Shown: positions 43,237 through 51,437 of the stretch, piece by piece
Position numbering within the stretch: position 1 is the stretch's first letter
How the letters are laid out: the number at the start of each line of letters is the position of its first letter
Origin: Anaerolineae bacterium
Lineage (GTDB): Bacteria > Chloroflexota > Anaerolineae > JAAEKA01
Direction: 5' to 3'
NCBI GenBank assembly: GCA_049294015.1
Contig: JBAQCH010000345.1
Coordinates: 4,279 to 68,278, forward strand
DNA: 64,000 nucleotides
Made by a program: the position numbers and the translations under genes
The notes under the pieces: model-generated
Databases searched by the model: none
Told to the model about the DNA's origin: nothing
The model's input: the letters and a program-made list of their open reading frames with translations, nothing else

Positions 43237-44262
43237 CTACACGCTGAACCTGCTGGCAAGCTCGCCGGGGTCGTCCAGAGGGATGCCCTTTTCCACCAGC
43301 ATCCTGTCCTCGGCCGGGTCCAACCAGATCACCAGCCAGGGATCGCCGAACTTCGAGTAGGCGCGCCTGGCTCGCTCGTATACCAGCTCCGGCGGATGGA
43401 TCACCACCTTGCCTGGCTCAATGCGCCGCTCGCGCGCCACGCCGATGGGCGCCAGGGCCAGGATCGCTTGTTCCTTGTTGATGCCGGTTGTACGGAGGAT
43501 TGCATCCACCGCGGCCGCATAGTCGGCCGGGTCTGCGCCGGCGTCAGCCCAGCGCTGGCTGCTGACGGCCACCGCGCGCACCAGCTTGGTGCTCCAGCCG
43601 TCGATCTCGTCCAAGGTGAACCTGTCCCTCAGCATCGGCCAGGACACCAGCCAGAAGACTGCGCAGGTGCGGATGAAGCGAAACTCCCAAGTGTCCCGGC
43701 TGGGCCTCACGCCTTCGGGCCAGGCGTCCAGCACCATCTCCCGGATCTCTCGCGCCCGCATTTCCCAGCTGTCCTGATCGGACTGGTTGGCCAGGTTGCG
43801 CAGCACCAAGAGACGCACGCTGCGGAAGATGGTGACCATCAAGAGCTCGTCCACCACCAGGCGGCTGGCGATGGCGACCTCCAGCCCGCGGGTGGTCAGC
43901 CGTCGCTCCCATTCATGTCTTGCCAGCAGTCCCAGCGGTTCTTCGAGGGCAAGGCCGCACTGGGAACACATCGTCTGTCCCGGCTCGATCAGCTCGCCGC
44001 AGGCAGCACAGACCGCGGCCGCGCCCTGGCAGTAGAAGGCGTAGAAGAAGGCCGGCTGCGCCTGGATGGCTCGCTCGATGGCCGCGTCGTCAGCTGTCTC
44101 GTGCAGTCCCAGCAAGGCCAGCGCGCGCCGCCGGCAGTGGCCGTGCCGGCCGCGCTCAGGGCTGAGGAAGCAGTTCTCTGTGATCAGGCCCAGGGTGGCG
44201 ATGGTCGCCGTCTGCTGGCGCATGTCTTGCACCGAGCCGGACAGGATGATGTCACGCGTCAC
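43237..44262 (-). CDS. Hypothetical phage-module protein
   Basis: Normal composition. The + strand ORF 43120..44541 is antisense. Confidence 0.5.
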   Translation of the reverse strand: MTRDIILSGSVQDMRQQTATIATLGLITENCFLSPERGRHGHCRRRALALLGLHETADDAAIERAIQAQPAFFYAFYCQGAAAVCAACGELIEPGQTMCSQCGLALEEPLGLLARHEWERRLTTRGLEVAIASRLVVDELLMVTIFRSVRLLVLRNLANQSDQDSWEMRAREIREMVLDAWPEGVRPSRDTWEFRFIRTCAVFWLVSWPMLRDRFTLDEIDGWSTKLVRAVAVSSQRWADAGADPADYAAAVDAILRTTGINKEQAILALAPIGVARERRIEPGKVVIHPPELVYERARRAYSKFGDPWLVIWLDPAEDRMLVEKGIPLDDPGELASRFSV

Positions 44263-44674
44263 GAGGCATGTACCTTTCCAGCAGTTTGTCTCTGGTGCGC
44301 AAGGGAATGTCAGGGTCTTCTTTCAACAGCCGGGCGATGCGCTCAGGCGTCGGTTGTGGCAGCCAGCCCAGCCGGGCCAGTTCCTCGCTCAGGTCCGCCT
44401 GCAGCAGCCAAGACTCGACGAAGGCCAGTTCGGCGCGCGGCAGCTCGTCGAAGGAACGCACTCGCCGTCGATAGCCCTCGCCGTCGGAAAGGGCATAGCC
44501 GGCCAGGTCCAGCCGCGCGGCCCGGACGAGCCGGCCCTTGAAACCGGCCAGGTCGCTGGTTGGCATAAGGCGCTTGATGCGCTCGTCGATGCGATCTATG
44601 GCCACGCTCAGTTCCTCAGCTTCCGGGAAGGTGAACCATCCGTGCTGCGCACGCAGGTCGTTCAGGCTCTTCAT
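44252..44674 (-). CDS. Hypothetical protein
   Basis: Overlaps the next gene by 11 nt. Confidence 0.45.
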   Translation of the reverse strand: MKSLNDLRAQHGWFTFPEAEELSVAIDRIDERIKRLMPTSDLAGFKGRLVRAARLDLAGYALSDGEGYRRRVRSFDELPRAELAFVESWLLQADLSEELARLGWLPQPTPERIARLLKEDPDIPLRTRDKLLERYMPRDA

Positions 44675-44731
44675 GGCAATGGGTGCGAGTCGAATTCTGA
44701 CAGAAGCTCATCCGGAACCCGGTTCCGCGAT

Positions 44732-45994
44732 CTAGCGCGCGGCGTAGCTGACGATCACCCTCGCAGCCACCTGGGCCACTGCGTCCACGTGCGCGGCCGT
44801 GGCGTCGTCCGTGCCATACTCGACGTGCGCCGCCTCGTGCAGCCAGGTGGCGACAGCATCCTTGAGGTCGTCCAGCACCGAGATGTCCAGCGCAATGCGG
44901 CCTTCCAGCGCCTGGCCCAGGATGCTGGGCGGCAGCATGTAGGGCTGCACCTCATGCTGGATGCCGGCCCGCTGCGACAGCCGCCGCACCAGGTCCAGCA
45001 CCCGGCGCTGCGCCGCGCTCAGCCGGCTCTTGGGATAGAGGGTGGACGCCCGGCCGGACAGCGCAGCCAGCTCCTCGCGGTCGGTGCCGATGATCTCCTT
45101 GGCTGTCTCTTCCAGGCCCCATTGCAGATGCACAGGCTTCAGGCCGCGGTACTCGGCCTCGCGCTGCGTCACCGCGTCGGTAGCCACCACCGCGCGGCTG
45201 CCAAAGGCCTGGCGCAGGGCCGCGGCCTGGGCCTTGGGCGCCTGCACGTCACGGAAGGCCATGTGGGTGTCCGCCTCAGCCTGCCGGTCGGCCACGGCCT
45301 GCCAGAAGCGGGCGAGCAGCTCTTGGTTCGCGACGTTGGCCCACAGCCGGCCGATCTCGCGGCTGGCCTGCCAGGCGTCGGCCAGCTGGCGGTCCTCGGC
45401 CAGCTTGAGGTTGAGGTTGTAGCCGAAGGCGCAGGACGTTCCGTAGGGCCGCGCGGGGCCGATCCAGAGGCCCTTGACGTAGAACTGCGGCTCAGCCTCC
45501 TCCAGGATCATGCGGCCGGCCTCGTCGGTGAACAGCACGCGCTCATCTCCCGGCCGGATCACGCGCTCCTGCCACAGCTCGCCCGCGTAGGCCAGCTCGT
45601 AGCGAGAGCCGTCGAAGAACGCGCCCTCGTCCCAACACACCTCCATCACCTGCTGGCCGTACAGGTCAGCCCAGCGCGCGTGCAGGCCGTGGAACTCGCC
45701 CGAGGTGAGGCTGAAAGGCACACCCTCGCGCAAGAGCACCAGCCAGCCCAGCTTGGTGCCCTCGCCGAACTGGCCGCGCTGCTGTTCGGTCTTGTCTGAG
45801 CCGCCCAAGAGCAGGTGGCGCAGGGCCATGTGCGCGCCGCGGCCTTCGATGACCGTCTTGCCATCGGCCTGTTCGACGGTCCAGGTTTGGAACAAGTCGA
45901 GGAACTCCTGCCAGATGCATTCCCGGAAGGCGTCCCACAACTGCCACTGGGCGCGGTAGTCGCGCGTGATTGGGTAGATGATGCTCGGCATAGT
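44732..45994 (-). CDS. Hypothetical protein carrying a HEAAH (HExxH-like) motif near the C-terminus
   Basis: Start MPSIIYP with a GAGGAGG RBS. WLHEAAHVEYGTDDATAAH. Confidence 0.5.
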   Translation of the reverse strand, partial: TMPSIIYPITRDYRAQWQLWDAFRECIWQEFLDLFQTWTVEQADGKTVIEGRGAHMALRHLLLGGSDKTEQQRGQFGEGTKLGWLVLLREGVPFSLTSGEFHGLHARWADLYGQQVMEVCWDEGAFFDGSRYELAYAGELWQERVIRPGDERVLFTDEAGRMILEEAEPQFYVKGLWIGPARPYGTSCAFGYNLNLKLAEDRQLADAWQASREIGRLWANVANQELLARFWQAVADRQAEADTHMAFRDVQAPKAQAAALRQAFGSRAVVATDAVTQREAEYRGLKPVHLQWGLEETAKEIIGTDREELAALSGRASTLYPKSRLSAAQRRVLDLVRRLSQRAGIQHEVQPYMLPPSILGQALEGRIALDISVLDDLKDAVATWLHEAAHVEYGTDDATAAHVDAVAQVAARVIVSYAAR

Positions 45995-46150
45995 GCAAAC
46001 CTCCTCAGTCAGATTTGGCTCGCACTGCGCCTTCGGCGCTACGTGGCAGGTCATGGCTAGGTGTGCAGGCAACATCAGAGCGTAGGGCAGGTGTTGGACA
46101 GGCGCGGCTGCGCCGATTTGCAGAAATAGAACGTTTGGGCTATAACAGGT

Positions 46151-46381
46151 TCATCTGCTTTTCGCCTTGCCAGCGGGCGGCGGCTGGTCTTGCTGATCAG
46201 ACAGCAGCTCAACCGCCGCCTCCGGAAAGGCCTCTGAAAACTTGGCCCAAAAAGTGCCGGACACATGCTCGCGGGCCAGCGCTCGGCTCACCGAGGTGCG
46301 CAGGTAGCCGATCCGATTTGCCACCACTTGCTGCGTCAGATGGTGGGTGACGATCCACTGTTTGATCCGGGCGCTTCGCAT
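46151..46381 (-). CDS. Cro-like XRE-family HTH regulator, first gene of the leftward operon
   Basis: HLTQQVVANRIGYLRTSVSRAL is the HTH. AAGGAG RBS. It is divergent from the cI-like gene. Confidence 0.6.
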   Translation of the reverse strand: MRSARIKQWIVTHHLTQQVVANRIGYLRTSVSRALAREHVSGTFWAKFSEAFPEAAVELLSDQQDQPPPAGKAKSR

Positions 46382-46411
46382 ATAGGCTCCTTAGCAGAGG
46401 TCAGATTTCTT

Positions 46412-46425
46412 AGAACGCATGTTCT
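46412..46425. promoter_or_regulatory. Candidate LexA (Cheo-type GAAC-N4-GTTC) SOS box AGAACGCATGTTCT within the leftward early promoter
   Basis: Inverted repeat AGAAC-GCAT-GTTCT. It sits between the -10 and the RBS of the cro-like gene. Confidence 0.45.
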
Positions 46426-46432
46426 GTTGAAA

Positions 46433-46461
46433 ACTATATCATGGCTGAATCTGTCCGTCAA
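46433..46461 (-). promoter_or_regulatory. Leftward sigma70-like promoter TTGACG-17 nt-TATAGT for the cro-like/early operon
   Basis: On the minus strand, TTGACGgacagattcagccatgaTATAGT is followed 7 nt later by the SOS-like box. Confidence 0.45.
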
Positions 46462-46561
46462 TACCCCCTGTCGCGCAACTGAAACATATTGGTCAACCAA
46501 TTTTTCGGCGTAGAACTGAAATAGATTTGAAGACGAGATTCGGGCTGATCGCCTGCGCCTG

Positions 46562-47056
46562 TTGATGAAGGAAAAGCGCCTTTTCACCGCTGGACTGTTG
46601 GCCCTGCTGCGCTGCACGGATGGCAATGAACGCGTTAACCGGCCTACCCTATCCAAGTTGGTCAACGGCAGCTACGGCGCTACGCCCTCGGTTAACGTGG
46701 TGCGCGGCCTGGCGCAGGCCCTGAACGCCACGGCAGACTACCTGCTAGGGCTATCCGACGAGCCACAGCCTGGCGCGATGGCCTTCCTCCGTCGCTATGG
46801 GCTGGCCGACGAGGAACAACTGCTGAGCTTGCTGGCGGAGCGCAACGCGGAGATGGCTAAGATCATGCGCGCCGTCCGTGACATCCCCGATGAGGAACAG
46901 GAAGTGATCTTGCAGCATCTTATGAACGATCTTCTCTTCATTCGGCACATGGCGGCCGAGCGCGCGGCGGCACAAGCCAACAGTGGCGCCAACCGCCGAG
47001 ACCCGCCTGCCAACAGCCCACTATACCTATCTTGGGATACCGACGATGACCACTGA
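46562..47056 (+). CDS. cI-like XRE-family HTH regulator without an S24 peptidase domain
   Basis: LSKLVNGSYGATPSVNVVRGLAQALNATADYLLGLSD is the HTH. No Ser/Lys peptidase region. Confidence 0.55.
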   Translation: MMKEKRLFTAGLLALLRCTDGNERVNRPTLSKLVNGSYGATPSVNVVRGLAQALNATADYLLGLSDEPQPGAMAFLRRYGLADEEQLLSLLAERNAEMAKIMRAVRDIPDEEQEVILQHLMNDLLFIRHMAAERAAAQANSGANRRDPPANSPLYLSWDTDDDH

Positions 47057-47447
47057 AACACCTGATACTCCTGGCAGCCGGCTGCGCAAGGCGCGCGAGC
47101 GCCTGGGATTGCAGCAGATCGAACTGGGCAGGAAGCTGGGCGTGTCCGGCTCCTACATCTCCCGCATCGAACGCGACGTGGTGAAGATCCAGCCTATGGT
47201 GCTGCGCCTGGCCGAGGCGCTGGACGTGAGCGTGGACTACCTGTTGGTCTTACGCGACACACCGCAGCGCGACGCCACAGGGACTGCGCTCTACGAGTCC
47301 ACCCAGGACGAGCTGGTGGCCATACGCCTTCTGCGCATGGTCATCGACGGGCTGCCGCCGGAAGATCGCGTGCGGCTGATCCACTACCTGATCAAGCAGG
47401 CTGGCATCTACAAAGAAACCTTCCAAGCGACGCGCGACAGAGACTGA
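47046..47447 (+). CDS. XRE-family HTH regulator
   Basis: LRKARERLGLQQIELGRKLGVSGSYISRIERDVVKIQPMVLRLAEALDVSVDYLL. Start taken at MTTETP. Confidence 0.55.
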   Translation: MTTETPDTPGSRLRKARERLGLQQIELGRKLGVSGSYISRIERDVVKIQPMVLRLAEALDVSVDYLLVLRDTPQRDATGTALYESTQDELVAIRLLRMVIDGLPPEDRVRLIHYLIKQAGIYKETFQATRDRD

Positions 47448-47629
47448 CGCTTCACTTGGCTGGGCCCAGAACCCGGTTCCGGCCTGCCGCCGGCTGCATC
47501 CAGCCCGCCTGCGCACGCCGTAGAGCCTGTTCCGATGACGATGGGAGGGCGCCCTAGTGACCTTCCACGCTGTCTTTGTTTCACGACGTAACTTGATCGA
47601 TTATCAAAGTAGTTATATAATCCTATCTG

Positions 47630-47944
47630 ATGAAACCGTTGCGATTTATTGGCTCAAGTCTGGATGATTTGCGTGACTTCCCTGCCGAGGCGCGTAGGCA
47701 GGTAGGTTTCGAGCTCTATGCCGTGCAGCGCGGGTTGGAGCCAACGGACTGGAGGTCAATGCACGAGGTTGGGCCAGGTGTCCGCGAGATCCGCATTCAC
47801 GTTCTTGGTGAATGGCGTGTGCTCTACGTGGCCAGGTTTGCCGGGGCCATCTACGTGCTACATGCCTTTCGCAAGAAGACGCAGAAAACACGGCGTGAGG
47901 ACATCGAACTTGCGCGCCAGCGCTGTCGTCAGATCGAGGAGTGA
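47630..47944 (+). CDS. RelE-superfamily Gp49/HigB-like toxin, copy 1
   Basis: MKPLRFIGSSLDDLRDFPAEARRQVGFELYAVQRGLEP…YVLHAFRKKTQKT. Paired with the HTH gene 4 nt downstream. Confidence 0.6.
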   Translation: MKPLRFIGSSLDDLRDFPAEARRQVGFELYAVQRGLEPTDWRSMHEVGPGVREIRIHVLGEWRVLYVARFAGAIYVLHAFRKKTQKTRREDIELARQRCRQIEE

Positions 47945-47947
47945 ACC

Positions 47948-48244
47948 ATGAGTGAGATGATCATCGAGTCCAGCGGCAATGTCTTTTCGGATCTTGGATT
48001 TGAACCTGGGGAAGCAGCGATTCTGCAGATGCGGGCCAAACTGATGAGCGACCTCCGCATGCGTATCGAGGCCAGCGGCATGACGCAGACGGAGGCGGCG
48101 CACAAGCTGGGCATTGCCCAATCGCGTGTGTCTGACCTGATGCGCGGCAAGTGGGAGAAGTTTAGCCTGGAAATGCTGATCACTCTGGAGGCGCGGTTGG
48201 GGCGCCAGGTGCATCTCGAATTCGCCGCCGCTGCAGCTAACTGA
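47948..48244 (+). CDS. HTH (XRE) antitoxin partner of the Gp49-like toxin, copy 1
   Basis: TQTEAAHKLGIAQSRVSDLMRGKWEKFSLEMLITLEARLG. Confidence 0.6.
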   Translation: MSEMIIESSGNVFSDLGFEPGEAAILQMRAKLMSDLRMRIEASGMTQTEAAHKLGIAQSRVSDLMRGKWEKFSLEMLITLEARLGRQVHLEFAAAAAN

Positions 48245-48258
48245 GACGCGCAGCAGCT

Positions 48259-48582
48259 TTGACCGAGGTTAAAACAGTGGCTGCCGAGCAAGATGTTCAG
48301 CGAATTGTCCCCATCGTCCGAATACCCGGCGTGCATGGCGGCCGTCCCGTGTTGCGCGACACCGGGGTGAGCGTGCAGACCATCGTGGAGCAGTCGCAGC
48401 TAGGTCGCTCCCCGCAGCAGATCGTCGAAGACTTCGAGGATGTACTGACCCTGGCGCAGGTCCACGACGCGCTCAGCTACTATCACGAGCACCCGACCGA
48501 GGTCGATCAATTCATCGCCCAGAACCGCGAGGCGCTGTGGCAGGGATCCCCGGTAACGGCACCTGCCTGCCCTCAGAGTTGA
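48259..48582 (+). CDS. DUF433-like antitoxin-type protein
   Basis: IVRIPGVHGGRPVLRDTGVSVQTIVEQSQLGRSPQQIVEDF follows the DUF433 pattern. Confidence 0.5.
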   Translation: MTEVKTVAAEQDVQRIVPIVRIPGVHGGRPVLRDTGVSVQTIVEQSQLGRSPQQIVEDFEDVLTLAQVHDALSYYHEHPTEVDQFIAQNREALWQGSPVTAPACPQS

Positions 48583-48699
48583 CGCGCCCGATGAAAACAT
48601 GATTGTGGTGGATTAGCAACGGGAGTTCACGGAGTGTGGCAGTTTCTTCCCATTTGACACACACCGCGAGCACGACGACGGCATCGGCGCAGGGACGAT

Positions 48700-49137
48700 A
48701 TGAGGCTTGCCATGACGCTAAAACCGATCAAGAGTGAAGAGGATTACGCAGCAGCGTTGCAGGAGATCGAGCAGCTCTGGGATGCCGAGCCAGGCACGCC
48801 GGAGAGCGACACGCTGGAGATTTTGATCACGTTGGTCGAAGCTTATGAGCGGGGGCGCTACGACCTTCCCTCTCCTGATCCGATTGCTGCGTTGGAGTAC
48901 TTCATGGAGAGCCGCGCTTGGACGCGCAAGCAATTGGAGCCCTACATCGGCAGTCGCGGCCGCGTTTCGGAGATTCTCAGCCGCAAGCGGCCACTGACGT
49001 TGGCGATGATCCGTCGTCTAGAACAGGCCACTGGGATCCCGGGTTCGGTGCTCATCCAGCCCTATGAGACCGAACACGGCCATTCCGGCGTGACATCGCG
49101 CAATCTCTCACGCGTCAGCCAACTTGCTACCAGGTAA
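48700..49137 (+). CDS. HigA-like HTH antitoxin, E. coli HigA type, apparently orphan
   Basis: SRGRVSEILSRKRPLTLAMIRRLEQATGIPGSVLI matches the C-terminal HTH of E. coli HigA. Confidence 0.55.
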   Translation: MRLAMTLKPIKSEEDYAAALQEIEQLWDAEPGTPESDTLEILITLVEAYERGRYDLPSPDPIAALEYFMESRAWTRKQLEPYIGSRGRVSEILSRKRPLTLAMIRRLEQATGIPGSVLIQPYETEHGHSGVTSRNLSRVSQLATR

Positions 49138-49199
49138 GCTGTTTTCGACCGCCCTGAGACCGCCGCCGTTGTCGGTCTAGCCGCTGCAATGAAGATGAT

Positions 49200-49469
49200 A
49201 TGGCCCTGAACGATCTGCCCAGCGATATGGAACGGCTAGAGGAAGAACTTCGCCACTTCGAGGCTAGGTTCGGTATGAAGTCCCAAGATTTCCACGACGC
49301 CATGCGGCGCGGCGACCTGGGGGAATTCGACGCGCTGGACGACTACCGCATGGAGTTTGTCGAGTGGCTTGCACTCTACAAGACGCGGGCCAGCCTGGAT
49401 GAGAGGTATCGCCGCTTGGCCGGCCCAATGACGCCATCAGACGCTCCCTCGTGGGATGCTGCTGGCTAG
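49200..49469 (+). CDS. Hypothetical small acidic protein
   Basis: Protein-like composition. It overlaps the higA stop region. Confidence 0.35.
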   Translation: MALNDLPSDMERLEEELRHFEARFGMKSQDFHDAMRRGDLGEFDALDDYRMEFVEWLALYKTRASLDERYRRLAGPMTPSDAPSWDAAG

Positions 49470-49783
49470 GCAGGAACAGCCAGCGGTTGTATGCGCATCA
49501 GGTCCGCCTGGCTGCGTCGCTCCGACTCCCAGAGGTCCCTGGCCTGCTGAGCGTTGAGCCAGAACGCAGCCGAGTTGCCGAACAGGCGGGACAGGCGCAG
49601 CGCCATCAGCGGCGTGACCGCCCGCTCCTCGCGCAACAGCTCGTGAACGGTCTGGCGCGACACACCCAACGCCGTAGCCAGCGCACTGGTCGTCAATCCG
49701 TAATCCGGCATGAAGTCCTCGCGCAACATCTCGCCCGGATGCGTCGGTGGGATCTGTCGTGGTTCTGTGTTCGCGATGGCCAT
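49466..49783 (-). CDS. higA: HigA-family HTH antitoxin
   Basis: EMLREDFMPDYGLTTSALATALGVSRQTVHELLREERAVTPLMALRLSRLFGNSAAFWLNAQ. Confidence 0.65.
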   Translation of the reverse strand: MAIANTEPRQIPPTHPGEMLREDFMPDYGLTTSALATALGVSRQTVHELLREERAVTPLMALRLSRLFGNSAAFWLNAQQARDLWESERRSQADLMRIQPLAVPA

Positions 49784-49795
49784 CGTTCTTACACC

Positions 49796-50077
49796 TCAGT
49801 GATAGTCCGCAATCTCAACATCGTAGGCATCACCAGCCACGAAACGAAAGCAGATGCGCCATTGGTCGTTGATCGAGATGGCGTATTGCCCTTCCCGATC
49901 ATCCTTCAGGGCATGAAGGCGGTTGCTCGGCGGTACTTTGAGATCGCTCAATTCGCTTGCCAGGTCGATGTACTCCAATCTTCGCACGGCTCGCTTCACC
50001 AGGTCAGGCGGCAGTCGCCTTGACTTGCCGGTGACGTAGAGTTGTTGCGTTTCTCGATCGGCAAACGTTTTGATCAT
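49796..50077 (-). CDS. higB: HigB-family (RelE/ParE-fold) toxin
   Basis: MIKTFADRETQQLYVTGKSRRLPPDLVKRAVRRLEYIDLA… is the classic HigB N-terminus. It lies upstream of higA. Confidence 0.65.
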   Translation of the reverse strand: MIKTFADRETQQLYVTGKSRRLPPDLVKRAVRRLEYIDLASELSDLKVPPSNRLHALKDDREGQYAISINDQWRICFRFVAGDAYDVEIADYH

Positions 50078-50313
50078 GGAATGATTGTAACGCGTCACGT
50101 GACAGTTGTCAAGCTGCAAAGCTGTCCAATGTCGGGCGCAGCGGAAAGAAGATGCCCACCAATCTGCGGCCTATCCGACCACGTTGACCACATGTTTGAC
50201 AGGAAGAAAGCAGGCGAGTACAATCTGCGTCAGGCCCAGTTAATGGTGCCAGAAGGCGGCCAACACCCACCAAGGGACTATCGTGCTTGAGAGGTGCCCG
50301 CCCAACCAGTGAA

Positions 50314-50329
50314 CCACTATATATAGTGG
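50314..50329. repeat. Perfect 16-bp palindrome CCACTATATATAGTGG beside a tRNA fragment
   Basis: ACTACAT(A/C)T arm-like repeats lie nearby at 50348-50356 (+), 50440-50448 (inverted) and 50470-50476 (+). Confidence 0.5.
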
Positions 50330-50383
50330 TTGTCTAACCAAATAGACACTACATATGGGCATATTGCTTGGACAACTGAACTT

Positions 50384-50433
50384 AGGGCTTCATAATCCCT
50401 AGGTCGGTGGTTCGAGCCCACCCGTCGCCACCA
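50384..50433 (+). tRNA. tRNA-Met(CAU) 3' portion only (anticodon arm, variable loop, T-arm, acceptor 3' strand, CCA). There is no matching 5' half, consistent with an att-site scar.
   Basis: AGGGC-TTCATAA-TCCCT, AGGTC, GGTGG-TTCGAGC-CCACC, CGTCGCC-A-CCA. The upstream sequence cannot pair with CGTCGCC. Confidence 0.5.
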
Positions 50434-50483
50434 AGCACAATATGTAGTAGTCCGAAAATCCAGGCGCATACTACATCTAGTGG

Positions 50484-50513
50484 CTCCCGCTGCAAAGCGG
50501 GAGTTCGTTTTTT
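50484..50513 (+). terminator. Intrinsic terminator, an 8-bp stem CTCCCGCT-GCAA-AGCGGGAG followed by TTCGTTTTTT
   Basis: Classic GC stem plus T-tract, 50 nt after the tRNA 3' end. Confidence 0.65.
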
Positions 50514-50599
50514 CGCCTGCCAACAGAAAGAAGTGCGCGCCTGGGAGAGCAACGCCTACATCCCGACGCAGGAGCGGGGCCTCTCCTCGTCCTGCGTCA

Positions 50600-50790
50600 G
50601 TAGCTCGGTGCTGGTTTTGTGCGCCTGGCCGAACACTACCTGCCCACGATGGTCGCATCCAACTGGACGGAGCGCGAGTTCAGCCAGTATCACAGCCGCA
50701 TCGCCAGCCGCCTCAAGGCCGCGGTGCATGTCCACATTAGCGCGCCGGATGCGCGGGGAAAGATTGGGAGAGGAGGATCGCCATGACCAA
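50600..50790 (+). pseudogene. Fragment B of the DnaC/loader-like C-terminus
   Basis: EHYLPTMVASNWTEREFSQYHSRIASRLKAAVHVHISAPDARGKIGRG. No upstream part and no start. Confidence 0.4.
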
Positions 50791-50825
50791 TGCCCGGCTC
50801 GCCTTGTCGATCGAGCGGCGCGGTC

Positions 50826-51119
50826 CTATGCGACTGCTCCGGCAAACTCCAAGATCACCTGGCGTCCCATGCGAGCTTCCAGGGTGACCAGCATCTCAAG
50901 ACTGAACTTCTCCCACTTGCCGCGCATCAAGTCAGACACGCGCGACTGGCCGACGCCCAGCCGTTGCGCAGCTTCAGTCTGCGTCATGCCGCTGGCCGTG
51001 ATGCGTTCCCGCAGATCGTTCATCAGCTTGGCCCGCATCTGCAAGATCGCTGCCTCGCCAGGCTCAAACCCCAGATCAGTGAAGACATTGCCGCTGGACT
51101 CGATGATCACCTCATTCAT
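50826..51119 (-). CDS. HTH antitoxin, inverted copy 2
   Basis: ~90% identical to 47948..48244. Confidence 0.6.
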   Translation of the reverse strand: MNEVIIESSGNVFTDLGFEPGEAAILQMRAKLMNDLRERITASGMTQTEAAQRLGVGQSRVSDLMRGKWEKFSLEMLVTLEARMGRQVILEFAGAVA

Positions 51120-51122
51120 GAC

Positions 51123-51437
51123 TCACTCCTCAATCTGCCGAAAGCGCTGGCGCGCCAACTCAATATCCTCACGCCGCGTCTTCTGTGTCTTCTTGCGAAA
51201 TGCGTGCAACACGTAGATGGCGTCGGCAAACCGGGCGACGTACAGCACGCGCCATTCGCCCAACACGTGGACACGAATCTCCCGAACACCGGATCCGACC
51301 TCGTGCATCGGCCGCCAGTCCGAAGGCTCTAGCCCGCGTTGGACAGCATAGAGTTCGAAGCCGACCTGCCGCCGCGCCTCGGCAGGAAAGTCGCGCAGGT
51401 CATCCAGGCTAGAGCCGACAAAGCGCAGCGGTTTCAT
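51123..51437 (-). CDS. Gp49/HigB-like toxin, inverted copy 2
   Basis: ~95% identical to 47630..47944. The same promoter stretch, TATCAAAGTAGTTATATAAT, sits upstream. Confidence 0.6.
   Translation of the reverse strand: MKPLRFVGSSLDDLRDFPAEARRQVGFELYAVQRGLEPSDWRPMHEVGSGVREIRVHVLGEWRVLYVARFADAIYVLHAFRKKTQKTRREDIELARQRFRQIEE

Noticed and set aside
46562-47056. cI-type autocleaving (S24) repressor
   Set aside because: It is HTH-only. The C-terminal 90 aa lack the Ser/Lys dyad and Ala-Gly cleavage-site pattern, so it is called a plain XRE-family repressor.
28501-47482. GGAACC-N2/3-GGTTCC palindromes as LexA boxes
   Set aside because: They contain GAAC/GTTC half-sites but with 2-3 nt spacing rather than the N4 of Cheo-type boxes. 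Several lie inside coding ends and one lies outside the phage module. I therefore treat them as REP-like or structural hairpins. Only 46412-46425, which has proper N4 spacing, is proposed as an SOS box.
50340-50433. A complete tRNA gene at the tRNA-like locus
   Set aside because: Only the 3' portion folds. The upstream 40 nt cannot supply the GGCGACG acceptor strand or a D-arm, so I call it a fragment (att scar), not a functional tRNA. An unusual intron-containing tRNA cannot be fully excluded without tRNAscan-SE.
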